This document shows positions 1 to 12,300 of a stretch of DNA of 64,000 nucleotides, piece after piece (within the stretch, counting starts at the first letter, position 1; each line of letters starts with the position of its first letter). Below the pieces are notes generated by a model. It did no database searches, was not told the DNA's origin, and was given only the letters and a program-made list of their open reading frames with translations. A program made the translations under genes and the position numbers. Where the stretch lies: the NCBI GenBank assembly GCA_951406725.2, contig OX597814.1, forward strand, positions 62,062,001-62,126,000. Reading direction: 5' to 3'. Source of the DNA: Octopus vulgaris (lineage: Eukaryota).

Positions 1-1249
1 ATATTTGATCACTCTGATCCCTTGGCTAAGAAGATTTCTACTAACTACACAAATTCCTGTGCAGATAATACACTTCACACTTCCTTAATTTTTTGCATAC
101 AAGTGTCATCCACATATAACATAGGCACCCAGTGCCTGATCTTCATTATTTTCATAAACAGATCCAAAAGTATCCTCATTGGGGACATGATAACCTAGTT
201 ATCAACAGCATAAAGCACACTAGTTACATATATCAAGGTAGAATCTTGTATCTCACTTTCTCTTGTCATGAATAATAGACTTTCTACAAATGCACATTAT
301 GCCCTCAAATGTATATAACATTACCAAAACTACATCCCTAACATGTGGTTTAAAATACTTCAGCCATGATTTGTTACTAACCTTCCAAGTTTGAATAAAG
401 CCTTAAGAGTTTTGTTCATATATTTGGGTTGGTGTTGTTGCTACACACTATCAACCAAATACAAAATTGTCATTTGGTTGATAAAGTAATATGTTCACCA
501 ACACACTCAGCATCTATCTCACAAATATATGGTGTCCTCTTTTTGCCTCTTCTATCATTAGTAGAATGGTTTCTGCTTCTAAACTAGTTGTCACACCCTT
601 CCACACAAGACTCATCCAACACACTCACCACTTATCAACCCTCTTATTTCATCACCCAAGCCTCACCCTAGACACATCTGCCAGTCCTTCTTTAGAACTA
701 TACTTTGGAATTCTCTCCTTGCTCGTGTTTTTTTCCAGATATCATACAGATGTTCCAACTAAACTACATTGACTTTACCAGTTTAGGCGAATTCACAAAA
801 GTTATGGCCACAGTCTTTCCTCCTTTAACTAACCATAATACTTATATAAATCAGTAGTTTGCAACCATTTCATTATCAAGGACCCCTATTATTTAAACGG
901 ATTTTCCCATGGGCTCCATGTTTCTTTCTATTCAACCAGCCAATTTTATTGACAAACTCATTTCCCTGTTTTCTCTCTTGATTGAAAGATGTATGTAACT
1001 GAATAATTATATGTAATAAAGTCATTGTACATTTTACACTGCAACCTTTTAAAATTTTGAACATACTCTGTAGACTTTAATGGACTTCTGGTTGGGTACT
1101 CCTAATTTAGACAGGTGCACACATGTATATAGGGTCTAAAATTTAGCAATATAAAATTCATTTTAAAAAGAGTTCCAATCTCTTGTGGTTTGAAGATGGA
1201 TTTTGCGATTTTATTAATTAAAGTTTGCTTATCTTTGTATGTGTTCTAG

Positions 1250-1359
1250 GTTGAACGCAAGTGTTCAAATTGTGGCTATGAAGAAATGATATTTAAAGCT
1301 CAACAGACAAGGTCAGCAGATGAAGGTCAAACTATATTTTATACATGCAAAGAATGCAG
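1250..1359 (+). CDS. POLR1H: POLR1H penultimate coding exon
   Basis: ttctag|GTT...TGCAG|gtaag; CxxC...RSADEGQT...CxxC. Confidence 0.93.
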
Positions 1360-3155
1360 GTAAGTTGTCTGTTAAGTTATATCTATTCATCTCTCAAGTG
1401 CTCAGTCTTGTGTATTGTTATTTAACTTTTTAATGTCATTTCATTATCAGTTTGGTATCTACTTTTCCATGTTGATACAAGTTGAATAGATATGCAATAA
1501 AAGATGTTTCCATGTGTCTCAAGTCTGTTCTGTTTGTCCATAAATCTTTCATTTGAAAACTACCATTATCATGATCAACGTTTAATGTCCATTTTCCATG
1601 CTGGCATGGGTTGGGCGGCTTGAGGAGAACTGGCAAGGCCAGGGGCTGCACTAGTTTCCATAGTCTGTTTTGGTTTGTTTCTACAGCTGAATGCCATTCC
1701 TAATGCCAACCAATTTACAGAGTGTACTGAGTGCTTTTTACATGGCAACATTACCAGTTTTTTTATGTGATACCAGCACCTACACCAATATATATTTTTT
1801 TTTAAAGTCCTAAACTATTAGAAAAGAATGTTTACTAAATGTTTAGTGTTATAGTGTCAGAAAGAGTAGACTAAGTATCATCCTTATATGTTCAGGTTTC
1901 AAATCACATCAGGGTTGACTGCCTTTTATATTCTTGGAGCCTTTCATATACTGGAGTTGATTCAGTTAACTATGTCTACTAAATCCCTTATACATTTTTG
2001 ACCATCCAAAAATATGAGAAATCATTATGACATCTTGAAACAGTCTCAATGTATTACAGGAACAGACATTAGTAAAATAAGTACTATAACTACTAAGTGA
2101 ATATAATTATTTGTATTGATCTGTTCAACAACTAGCCTTATGGCTGTGAAAGAAATGAATTTTTAATACATTGGTCATGTGTAGTGTTTTGATGTCTTTC
2201 ATGTGCAATAATCTTTTGAGCTGAATTCATCAAAAAACTACCAGTAACATGCTAAAACTGAAAGTATATGCTATCTGTAACCCCATAAATCTTGGTTTTA
2301 AATCCACTGCATTTTTTGGGGGGTGGGGACAGTTTACTTAATTAACCCTTTTGATACCAGCCCAGCTCAAACTGTCTCTGGCTCTGTTGTACAAATGTCT
2401 TGTTTTCAAAAGTTCTGAATTAAAATCTTCCACTGAACCTTTGTCACGATTTATGTTCCTAATATTAGCTTAATGATAACTAAGTTATTTTACTAAATTC
2501 TTTGTTATATGTAAAATTAATTGAAAGAAACACTGAGCATCTCAACAAAAATATGGTAACAAAAGGGTTAAATATATAACTCAGTTCATTTAGTTGTTTG
2601 AAGTTGTTATCAAGAGACAGACCCATCCAGGAAAATATTTTTTCTCAAATTCACTTAATGCTCTGAAAACTGAACAAAATATTTCTCTCTGGAGTTCAGG
2701 GGACTGTTTCTGGTTCAGGGAATTAACCCTAACCTTTTTCTATTTAATACAAATACAAACAAAATTGTGTGCCAAATCAAAAGAATTTGTAGTATGATTT
2801 TACTTTCATTCATTGAATAATAAAACATTCCTCTACATTTACTTATTTAGAGTTCATGCTTGTCTGTTCCTGAGCAAAACCTTCTCCCATAATTTTTACA
2901 TCTTTTGTCCAAAAGCTAAGAATTAGGTCCTGTAAAATTTAGATAACAAAATAGACTATCAGAATTTTGATTCTTGGAATTTTTCAGTACATTAAACTGG
3001 AATTAAAATTTAGTAAATGTATTCAGTTTATATAGTTCTTTGATTATTTGTATCTTTATTCATTTCTTTCAATTAACTGATTTATATATTTCTTCCATTT
3101 AAATAATATTTCTATTTTTATTTGTTACAGACATCAAGAAATCGAGTATTCCTGA
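1250..3155 (+). CDS. POLR1H: RNA polymerase I subunit RPA12 (ZNRD1), 3' part; join(1250..1359,3131..3155); upstream exons lie outside the window
   Basis: Spliced translation VERKCSNCGYEEMIFKAQQTRSADEGQTIFYTCKECR/HQEIEYS*: TFIIS-type C-terminal zinc ribbon with RSADEGQT motif; AG/GT sites in matching phase 2. Confidence 0.93.
2346..2567. mobile_element. piggyBac-type MITE
   Basis: TTAA on both sides; TIRs CCCTTTTGATACC / GGTAACAAAAGGG; no ORF. Confidence 0.8.
3131..3155 (+). CDS. POLR1H: POLR1H last coding exon
   Basis: ttacag|A CAT CAA GAA ATC GAG TAT TCC TGA; AATAAA at 3201-3206. Confidence 0.85.
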
Positions 3156-5727
3156 AATTCTGGTTATTGGATACATAATGAAAATGAATGTCACAAAGGA
3201 AATAAAAATGTGATTTGGCACAACCATTTTATAGGACTGACTGATTATAAAAAACTGATAACATTCACTAGTTATCATTTAAAATTGAATTTCAAGACAT
3301 TTTGTAAATATGTGTGTATATGAGTTATTTTATAGAAATATAATCTATTTTAAATACTGAATATGAGGTTTTGTATCAAGTTTTCTAATTACTGTGTCAT
3401 GGTATATGTATGCCATACTTTTTTAGTGTAATTATGTTGTTAGTTTTAACAAAGGACATCTAACTATAAATACCTGCTCTAAATGGAGTAATTCTCACCA
3501 ATCTTTTGAATCCTTTTTGTTTATTTTTTTTCACCAGAGACATAATACCAGTTACAGGATACAAGCACTCAGACATTAGACATTTGGCCATGTGGTATCA
3601 GCTTAGCTGGCTAATAATTTTCATACTGGAAAATGTTATTTGAAACCATTTAGTGGCAAATAGGAATATGATCATTTGTGAACTAAATAAGTACATTAGG
3701 CAATGATTGTGAAAGATATGTGGAGGTCAGAGAGAGTGAGTAAAAATGAGTTGTATGTGCAACATTAAAAGCCTTTGAATAGAAGTGATGTATGAAGGAG
3801 AGGTGGGTGTGCAAGTATTATTTCATTTTGTTTTCTATCATTATTTGTGAACATTAATATTACTGGTTACATGTTTCCAATGAGCCAGTTGCTGGTTCAG
3901 AACAGTTCTGACACCATAACTAATAAAGAAATGTCTTTAACTAGGTGCAAACTACTTCTTTTGAAGAGCACTGGGATTTTCCCTTTCCTACAGTATCTAT
4001 TACAATATATACTTACTCTAAAGTGTGTCTATTCTATTTAGTGGAGTAAAAGAAACCTGGACTAATTCTGTATTTGATTTATGTTCTGCATTAAAATTTT
4101 GCTATGGTATGGTAACTTTGCCTAACATCTTTGGAGTTGATAAAAATAATTGTCAAGTTTTTTTTAAAATTTAATTGGAGTGCTCCTCTTTTAAAATCTT
4201 CAAATTTATGTTGTTCTCATAAATCCATTTGTTAATACAAGTTTTAAACAAGCTCCAGAAGACACAATGTATATAAATTAGTAGGCCTGAAATGCATTTT
4301 GTACTATATCTTCTGTGGATCCATGATCCTCATCATCAGCCTTTAACTTCCATTTTCCATAATGTCATAGGTTGGACAGTTTGACCAGAGCTGGCAAACT
4401 GGGAAGCTGCAACAAGTTTCAGTTAGATTTGGCTTGGTTTCTATGACTAGATGCCCTTCCTAACTCCAACCATTTTACAGTGTGTGCTGGGTGCTTTTAA
4501 CGTGGCATTGGCACAAGGACTTTTACATCACACCAGCATGAGTGCTTTTTGTGTGACACCAGCATGAGCAAAATTAATTTCAGAAAGTTGGTAGATCTGT
4601 ATTTGTATTCCTGGAACAGTGTTTCATTGCTTTATGTCATGTATGAATCCACAAGACAACTAGAATTATGTGTTACTTACATGTATTATGAGTTTCATGC
4701 CTAAGGTTTCCAATGTAAGAAATGGTCAACTTAATTTGGCTTGGAAAGTTTCTTTGTATTTGTTTGAAAAATTGGAATAATATCCTTGTTTTGTTGGGGA
4801 CAATTTACAGTCAACTACTTCAAGGTATTTGAAACTGAAAATGTAGTAGTTTTATGAGATACTTAGTAGAAACTATAAATTTGCCAATTCTTACAGAATC
4901 ATATCTATGGTATATTTCTCTTTATCTATCTATCTTTTGAAGGAACATTAGCTTCAAGTTGGAAAAATATCAAATGAAACAATCATACAGTTTTAATTTT
5001 CACTGCATGACATCTTGAGTATGTGTCTTCTACCATAGCATCATGTTGACTAAAGACTTGTGAGTGAAATCTGTTGAATATAAACATATATGTTGAGATA
5101 TGTCAAGTTTATGGAGGCAATGTGACTTACAGAAAATACCAATTCTCTTTTTTGGCAGTTATTTAACATCAATATTAGAATAACCATGAAATTTTATTTT
5201 AGACTTAAAGGGTTAAGTCTTTCTCCATGGAACCGGTTAATGACGGATGATTTTGAGTTACCTTACTATACACACATACTCTCTCTCCGTTAAACGTTCC
5301 TATGTCAGTGAAACCCTATAACCATGTTTTGTTCTTTGTTTTTTATTTCTACTTTCTGACCCTCTGAATGTTTTAAATTTCCGCCAGTCTAACAAACTTA
5401 CTTGACGTATCTAACCTCACTTTCTTCTGATTCCCTGTCTTCTAAACTGTAATAATTTAAGTTAATTATTAATCTTAATTCCAGTTTTCCCCCAATGCTG
5501 TATGGTATGAGAGTGTTAAAAAGTTCTGTTACTGTATATCTTTAGAATACAAAATAATAATCATTATTGTGAAGACATAAAATTCAGTGTAATATTTTTT
5601 ATTTCTTGAATTTTCAATAAATAATAAGAATTATTATTGATAAAGTGAAAGCAAAAATATTTTTCATTCTGTCAGACATATGCAGCAAGCTATATAAAAC
5701 TTCTATAATCCTTATTTGTACGTTTTC

Positions 5728-5843
5728 AATATGGCGTCGCACATAGACTGACGGTGATAATTTCATTATCAATGTTAACATGTATATCTATGGTAAGCAA
5801 TTGCTTGTTACTTCCGGCCTTGCGCATTTCTGAGCCACGTCAT
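5728..5843 (+). promoter_or_regulatory. SEC22B promoter motif cluster (YY1-like, ETS, CREB3/XBP1-type UPRE)
   Basis: AATATGGCG 5728-5736, ACTTCCGG 5810-5817, TGCGCA 5821-5826, GCCACGTCAT 5834-5843 in a locally CpG-richer stretch about 430-550 nt upstream of the ATG. Confidence 0.55.
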
Positions 5844-6275
5844 AACGATTCAGTCGTCTGAGACCAATATATATGTGACAATCATTGACTTTGCAGTCAG
5901 TTTTCTTTCTCTCTCTCCTATCTTTTGTATTCTGCAAGCTTCATGTTGACATTTTTTTCAAATTAACTACGTAAAAAGAAAGGGGAAAAAGAGCAACAGA
6001 AAATTGATTGAAGGCTATTATTATGTTTCCTGGAACATTTCACTTGTCAAAGACTAAGCAGCTGGAGAGGCGTTGCGACGGATTCTGACAATAACAAGCA
6101 GCGAATTGCCAGTTTTCGGTCGTCTACATGTAATTATCCAACACATACACACACACATACTCACGTAGACTTACACATTTATCTGCATATTGACCGTAAT
6201 TACACGTGTAGCTTGTAACAGCTATTTAAATACACCCTCTTTGGTTATATAGATCTACATCAAATAAAAGCCGAA

Positions 6276-6350
6276 ATGATTCTCATGACGATGATTGCAC
6301 GTGTGGCCGACGGTCTGCCTTTGGCAGCGTCGGTCCAAGAAGATGAACAG
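6276..6350 (+). CDS. SEC22B: SEC22B coding exon 1
   Basis: [25 protein letters not shown]|gttggt. Confidence 0.96.
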
Positions 6351-9300
6351 GTTGGTCAACAACTCATCATCATTTAGTGTTTAAATAACTTATACACATA
6401 TACATTTATCCTCATTGCTTCGCTTTGTTTTTCTTGTCTATAATTGAATTTATTAAACTGCATCCAAACAGTCTTACTAATAATAATGATTTCTCAGATT
6501 GATACAAAGCATCAATATTTTGAAAGGAAACATTTAGTATCTATAATACCTAGTATGTATTATTATTTTCTCCCTTTCTCTCTGTTTTTTGTCACCCTCG
6601 AGAGGAATCATATTCCAACTGAACATATTTTAAGTACCTGGAGACTTTTTGAAAATATTCGCTGTTATTATTTTGAATGAACGCGGAATTAGTTTTCGAT
6701 TGGTGAGATATAGTAAATTAACTTGGTTCCAGAATACTATCTCTACCGGTAGATCTCATGTCAATAACAAGCGTTACTATTTTTCTGAAACATTATTTTG
6801 ACTGTTTCCAGTTTTCTCAAATAGGTTATTGATGTGCAAAATCTCTCACGTACATATTGGTATTACTTGGTTAAATTTTCTGAAGTCATAAACTTTTACA
6901 CTTTCCTTTTTGTTTTCTTAATTAGAAGGGGCGTAGGAACGTAACTGATTTTATTCGATCGGTCTGTATCTATTATCATACCGACGCTACCGGTATTTGA
7001 ACTCAGAACAGAAGTATCTAACTTCGGTTATTATGGATTATCCAGACCGGTGTTTTATCAACGGCGTTACTAAGCAGTGTCCCTAAGATTTGCTTCTAAA
7101 TAATAAAACTCATTGTTGTATTAAGTAGGGGATTATAGTTTGATCCACTCTATCCCAATATTTTAATGATGGATTATTTCATTAATAATTTCTTCGTGTG
7201 CAAAAGTTACAGTTTTTATTGAAAGAAAGCAATAATTGGAACATCATCTAATACTTTACCGCCAGAGGGATGAAAATCAAAGTTGACCCTGGTGGGATCT
7301 GAAATACTACGACGTATTTACGTTTTGATTTATTCGGTGATCTCACAATGTTATCAACGTGCATCCCATTAATAAGTGGTTTATATTTTATCATGATAAT
7401 TTGCCAAGGATGATGAAGTGGGTTGGATCAACACCGGCAGGATTTTAACTCTACATATTTTATATAAAGAACTTTGTGCAGTGTTCTGTTGTTATGTCCG
7501 CTAAGCAGTAAAACATTTTCAACGCTGTTTCTTTGGATTAAAAAATTTTATTGGGACAACCTGTTACTTTTGTTTTCTTAAGTTAAAAGTAATATTGCTA
7601 TTTAAATGCCCGTTAGCATTTTCAGTGTTAATTCATGATGATCATCTAAAAGGCATTTGACGTCAACGCGACTTTATCTCTTCCCTTGTTAATTCTAAGT
7701 ATTGGGCCTTTAAGAAAACATTTATGATGAAGATTCTGTAATTTCTCCTTGTCGTGTTTCAAAGTTCTCTCGTAATGCACCACCACCCCTAATTAGTGCT
7801 TTTAGCGGTTTCGTTTCTCAGATGGAATTGCTTAACTCTGAAAATTTACCATTGCTTTAACCACTTCCTATAACATACCCTTACTCAGTAAATCTGAAAT
7901 TTCATATCTCTATAACATACAATCTGTTGTTACAAGAACGAATTTTTTTTTAACACACACACGTTAATGAGTTAGATGTATGGTATCGGTGAATATCTGT
8001 GCACTATATTAAAATCATACACACATACACTAATTTTTAGGTACTTTTGCTTTGATTATCTGTCATATTTTTAAATAGATTGTTACTTTCGTCATTCAGT
8101 GACGTTGCTCCATTTCGATTCCTGGCTGTAGTATTTTCGATTTGCTGACGTAGCCAAAACCATTAAGAAAAGCATTAGTGTCGCAGAATCCTGTTTCCCC
8201 GGTTACCCCCCCCCCCCCTCCACCCACCATCCACTATCGAACTGCGTTTTTCTGCTTTCGTCAGTGATTTTCCTAAGTTTAAGATATGTGCCATCCCTTG
8301 TATGAATACTGAATAAATAGTGCGAGTTGTGTCATTTAATTCAAGCTCGCAATATCGCTGACAGTGCTGGGTGTCACGACACCCCGGTTGGAAACGACTG
8401 GCTTAAGTGATCGGAAATATTGGGGACAGTAGAGTAGCTTGATTAAACGGTTTCCAATTTTGGCAGTGTGGGACCAGTTAATTGGCTGGTAATTATTTTA
8501 TCGACTTTGGAAGAACGAAATGCAAAGATGACCGATTCCAGCGCGATTTGAACCTAAACTTAAAGTAAAGAAATGTAACTAAATGCTGCAATACATGTTC
8601 AATGTTCTACCGATTCTAACGGTTTTATAATTTTGTCTTTCACCTCACTGTAGTCAACTCAAATAAAATTAGTTATAGCCCAAGTTAAGACAACCAAGCA
8701 GAACACTACCACCGTATTAGCCATTGGATTTTGTCACGTAATCCAAAGAATTAATAGTGTTTATTTCTTTTTTTTTTAGCACAAGTTATACCCCTACCAC
8801 CACCCTTTCATTCTTGCTTACGTGTATCTTTTTTTTATTTTGTTTTCTTCTCCCAACCCAATTTTAAAACTTGTCAACTGTGCAAAAAAACTGATTCCAG
8901 TGAATAAAAGGATTGTCAAATAAAAATATGTGGATAGATGAATTGAAGAGAAACTAGTTTAAAATTCTTTTAAATGTGGCATTCATTATTTCTTGACTAT
9001 TCATATTCATTCCATATGTTAGCTTGTAACAAAGAGTAATATCATTAATATTAGTGTATTTGCTAGTACTACACAGAAAGAGGGAGATATACATAAAGAA
9101 AATACGATGATATAAACCAAATTAAAATTTATTTATATAATTTGATATGTAAAGAACCTCACTGAGAAACACAGATGAAACTGCTTATAACAGAATCATT
9201 AGCATGCTGGGCAAAATGTTTAGCGATATTTCATCCATCTTTACATTCTGAGTTCAAATTCTGCCAAGGTTGACTTTGCTGTTCATTCTTTTAGGGTTGA

Positions 9301-12300
9301 TAAACTATGACTACTGAGGTCAGTGTAATTGACCTGGCCTTTCCACAGAACTTGCCGGCTTTGTGCCAAAATCTGAAACCAATAATTTCTGTTAAAGTGA
9401 TCATTTATTGAACTTACAGTGATGTTGAAATCAACTTAAGAAATGAAACATTTTGAAGTTTGCTTGTACATTACATTTTGGTTGCTGACCATCTTCATCA
9501 GGCTTTCTTATTCCCAGATGGTATTGGATTGGATTTGAACTTGGAAGCCTGTTACTGAAAACTTAGAGTAATAATCACCTTATCATATACCCAGGCCTTT
9601 TTTTTGTTATAGGATTGGGTAGCCACAGCAAGTCACACACCAGGCATTCCATTCATTTCCCAGTTCAAAGGGATGAGCTCCATTCTATGCTCAGGTCAAG
9701 ACATAGAACACAACCCCCAATAGCAGCAGCAGGGCCCGACAGCATATGCTGGTTCACCCTCCTGTCACATCATGCTGGTTCCATACCCCTTTGAGCAACA
9801 TGAAAATTCACTCAGCTATCCACAAACACTCTCCAAGCTTTCCTATCATTTATAAACTCTCTTGCCTCTCGTTCCACCAAAGCTTTCCTCACTCCATCCA
9901 TCCACACAAATCAAGGTCTGCCTCTGGTTCTGCTGCCTACCACTTCGACCTTCATCACCCTCCTTACCATCCACTCCTCATCCATCCTCTCCATGTGGCC
10001 AAACCACCTCAACATTCGTCTATCCGATTTGGTTGTTAGGTTTTCTTTCATTCCTGCTTGTCTTCACACCTCCTCATTCCTCATCCTGTCCATCCATGTC
10101 ACACCAACCATAGCCCTCAGACATCTCATCTCAAACACATCTAGTCACTTCCTTTCCGCTTCTCTCATCCCCCACATCTCTACACCATATAACATTGTCG
10201 GCACAATCTCATACATACCTCTTTTCGCTTTCATACTCAACCTTTTCTCTCTCAGAATACCTTTCACATCTCCAAGTATCTTACTCCTCTCCCTCACACT
10301 GTATCCAACCCCCTCAGCCAACCCCCACCACCACCACCGTCACATGTGATCCTAGATACTTAAAAACATTCACCTCCTCTAACATCTCACCATTTATATT
10401 CACATCCATCCTACCACCCTTTCCATCTCTCGAATATCTCATCACCTTACTCTTAGCAACATTCATTTTCAGTTTCCTCCTCTCACACTCTTTTCCAAAC
10501 TCTACCACTAGTCTCTTTAGTTGCTCTTCTGAATCCACCATCAATGTTGTATCATCAGCAAACAACAACTGCCATTTCTCCATTTTCTCCCACCATTTGG
10601 ACTCTTCTACCAAAGGTTCTAGCATTTACCTCTCTCACCACACCATCCATATATAAATTAAACAGCCATGGAGACATCACACAAACCTGTCTTAACCCCA
10701 CTTTCACATCAAACCATTCACTTCACCACCCACCCTAACGCATGTCCTACTTTCTCTCTAAAAACTTTGAACAGCTCTCAACAATCTACTATCTACTCCA
10801 TACAACTGCAACACCTGCCACATTGCATCCCTATCCACTCGGTCATATATGCCTTTTCTAAGTCCATAAAGGCCCTATACACCTCCCTCCTTTTTGCCAA
10901 AAACTTCTCACATATCTGTCTTACTACAAATATTTGATCTGTACACCCCCTTCCACTCCTAAAACCATACTGCTCCTCCCCTAGTACAGTCTCTGTCTGG
11001 TTTCTCACCCTAACAATCAGAACTCTCCCATACAGTTTACTAACCACACACAACAGACTTATACCCCTAAAAATTTCCACACTCATTTATCCATTAAGTA
11101 TAGGTGTCAGTGGTTTAGTGGATAAGAGTAAGACCACTCTTAGCTTTGAAATAAATATTCCTAGTTCAAATCTAGGTTCTAGGAATAAGACACTTGATGA
11201 TAATCAATGGTCAAACCAGTTGAAACAAGAATATTAAAAAAGAAAATTATGTCTAATGTTATTTGCCTGAGAAAAAATTATCTTAACAACATGTCAGATG
11301 TTTAGACATTTAAAGAATCTGTGAGGAAATATTAAATTATTTATTTTAATTTACTAAAACATTTCATTAAAATGATTGAATATTAATGAAACTTTAAAAA
11401 GTGATCATTCTAAATCTCAATTAAGGATGTAGTTTCAATATTGATTTGGAATACTTGCCTTATGTTGTTGATGCTTTGCTAAACAGAAAAAAAGCATAAA
11501 TCTTACAACTTCCAATTTTCACTCCACCCCCAACAAGTGTTTAGGTCGTTGCATATGTCACTACAAAAAACTGTTTATTGTTGAGATCATTTACAATTGA
11601 CGGATATTTGTCCTCATCTTGTTTGTTGTTAACACAATGTTTCGGCTGATATACCCTCCAGTCTTCATCAGGTGTCTTGAGAAATTTCGAACCTGGGTTC
11701 TCATTCCTAAGGTATTTTTTCGATGTTATTGTTGTTGTTGTTACTATTATTATTATTATTATTCAGATCACTGCTTGGAATCGAACTTGGAATCTTGGGA
11801 TTAGTAGCCCGCACTCTTAACCACTATGCCATATGCCCATGAGCATATGGAGTAGTGGTTAAGCATGGCTACTAACCCCAAGTTCTATTCCAGGCAGTGA
11901 CCTGAATAATTATAATAACAACATCGAAAAATACCTTAGGAATGAGAACCCAGGTTCAAAATTTCCCCAAGACACATGATGAAGGCTGGAGGGTATATCA
12001 GCCAAAACGTTGTGTTAACAACAAACAAGACGAGGACAAATATCCGTCAATTGTAAATAATGTACATAATTCTTCATCTCTTAAAAAACTATTTGCTATC
12101 AAACAAGTCTACTTAATTTGCATAAAAATGGATTTTCCTTATGGGAGATGCAGTCATTGTGGTATTTTTCATTTGTCCTTGGTTATTATTGCAAGTTACT
12201 GATTAAAGTATGCAAAAACTCATGACAATAGCATGCTGACTTTGCTTTGATAGATTATGACATAGAATGTCAAGATCAATAAGATATAAAATATCCAAGA

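Noticed and set aside
1-870. Possible old retroelement remnant or further POLR1H exon (ORF 491..772)
   Set aside because: No convincing RT motif or RPA12 N-terminal zinc ribbon could be read in any frame
4248-4300. CCAGAAGA...GGCCTGAAATGCAT, a faint hammerhead-like layout
   Set aside because: Core and stem II too degenerate to support
11105-11185. tRNA-like A and B boxes
   Set aside because: No cloverleaf; best explained as a decayed SINE head
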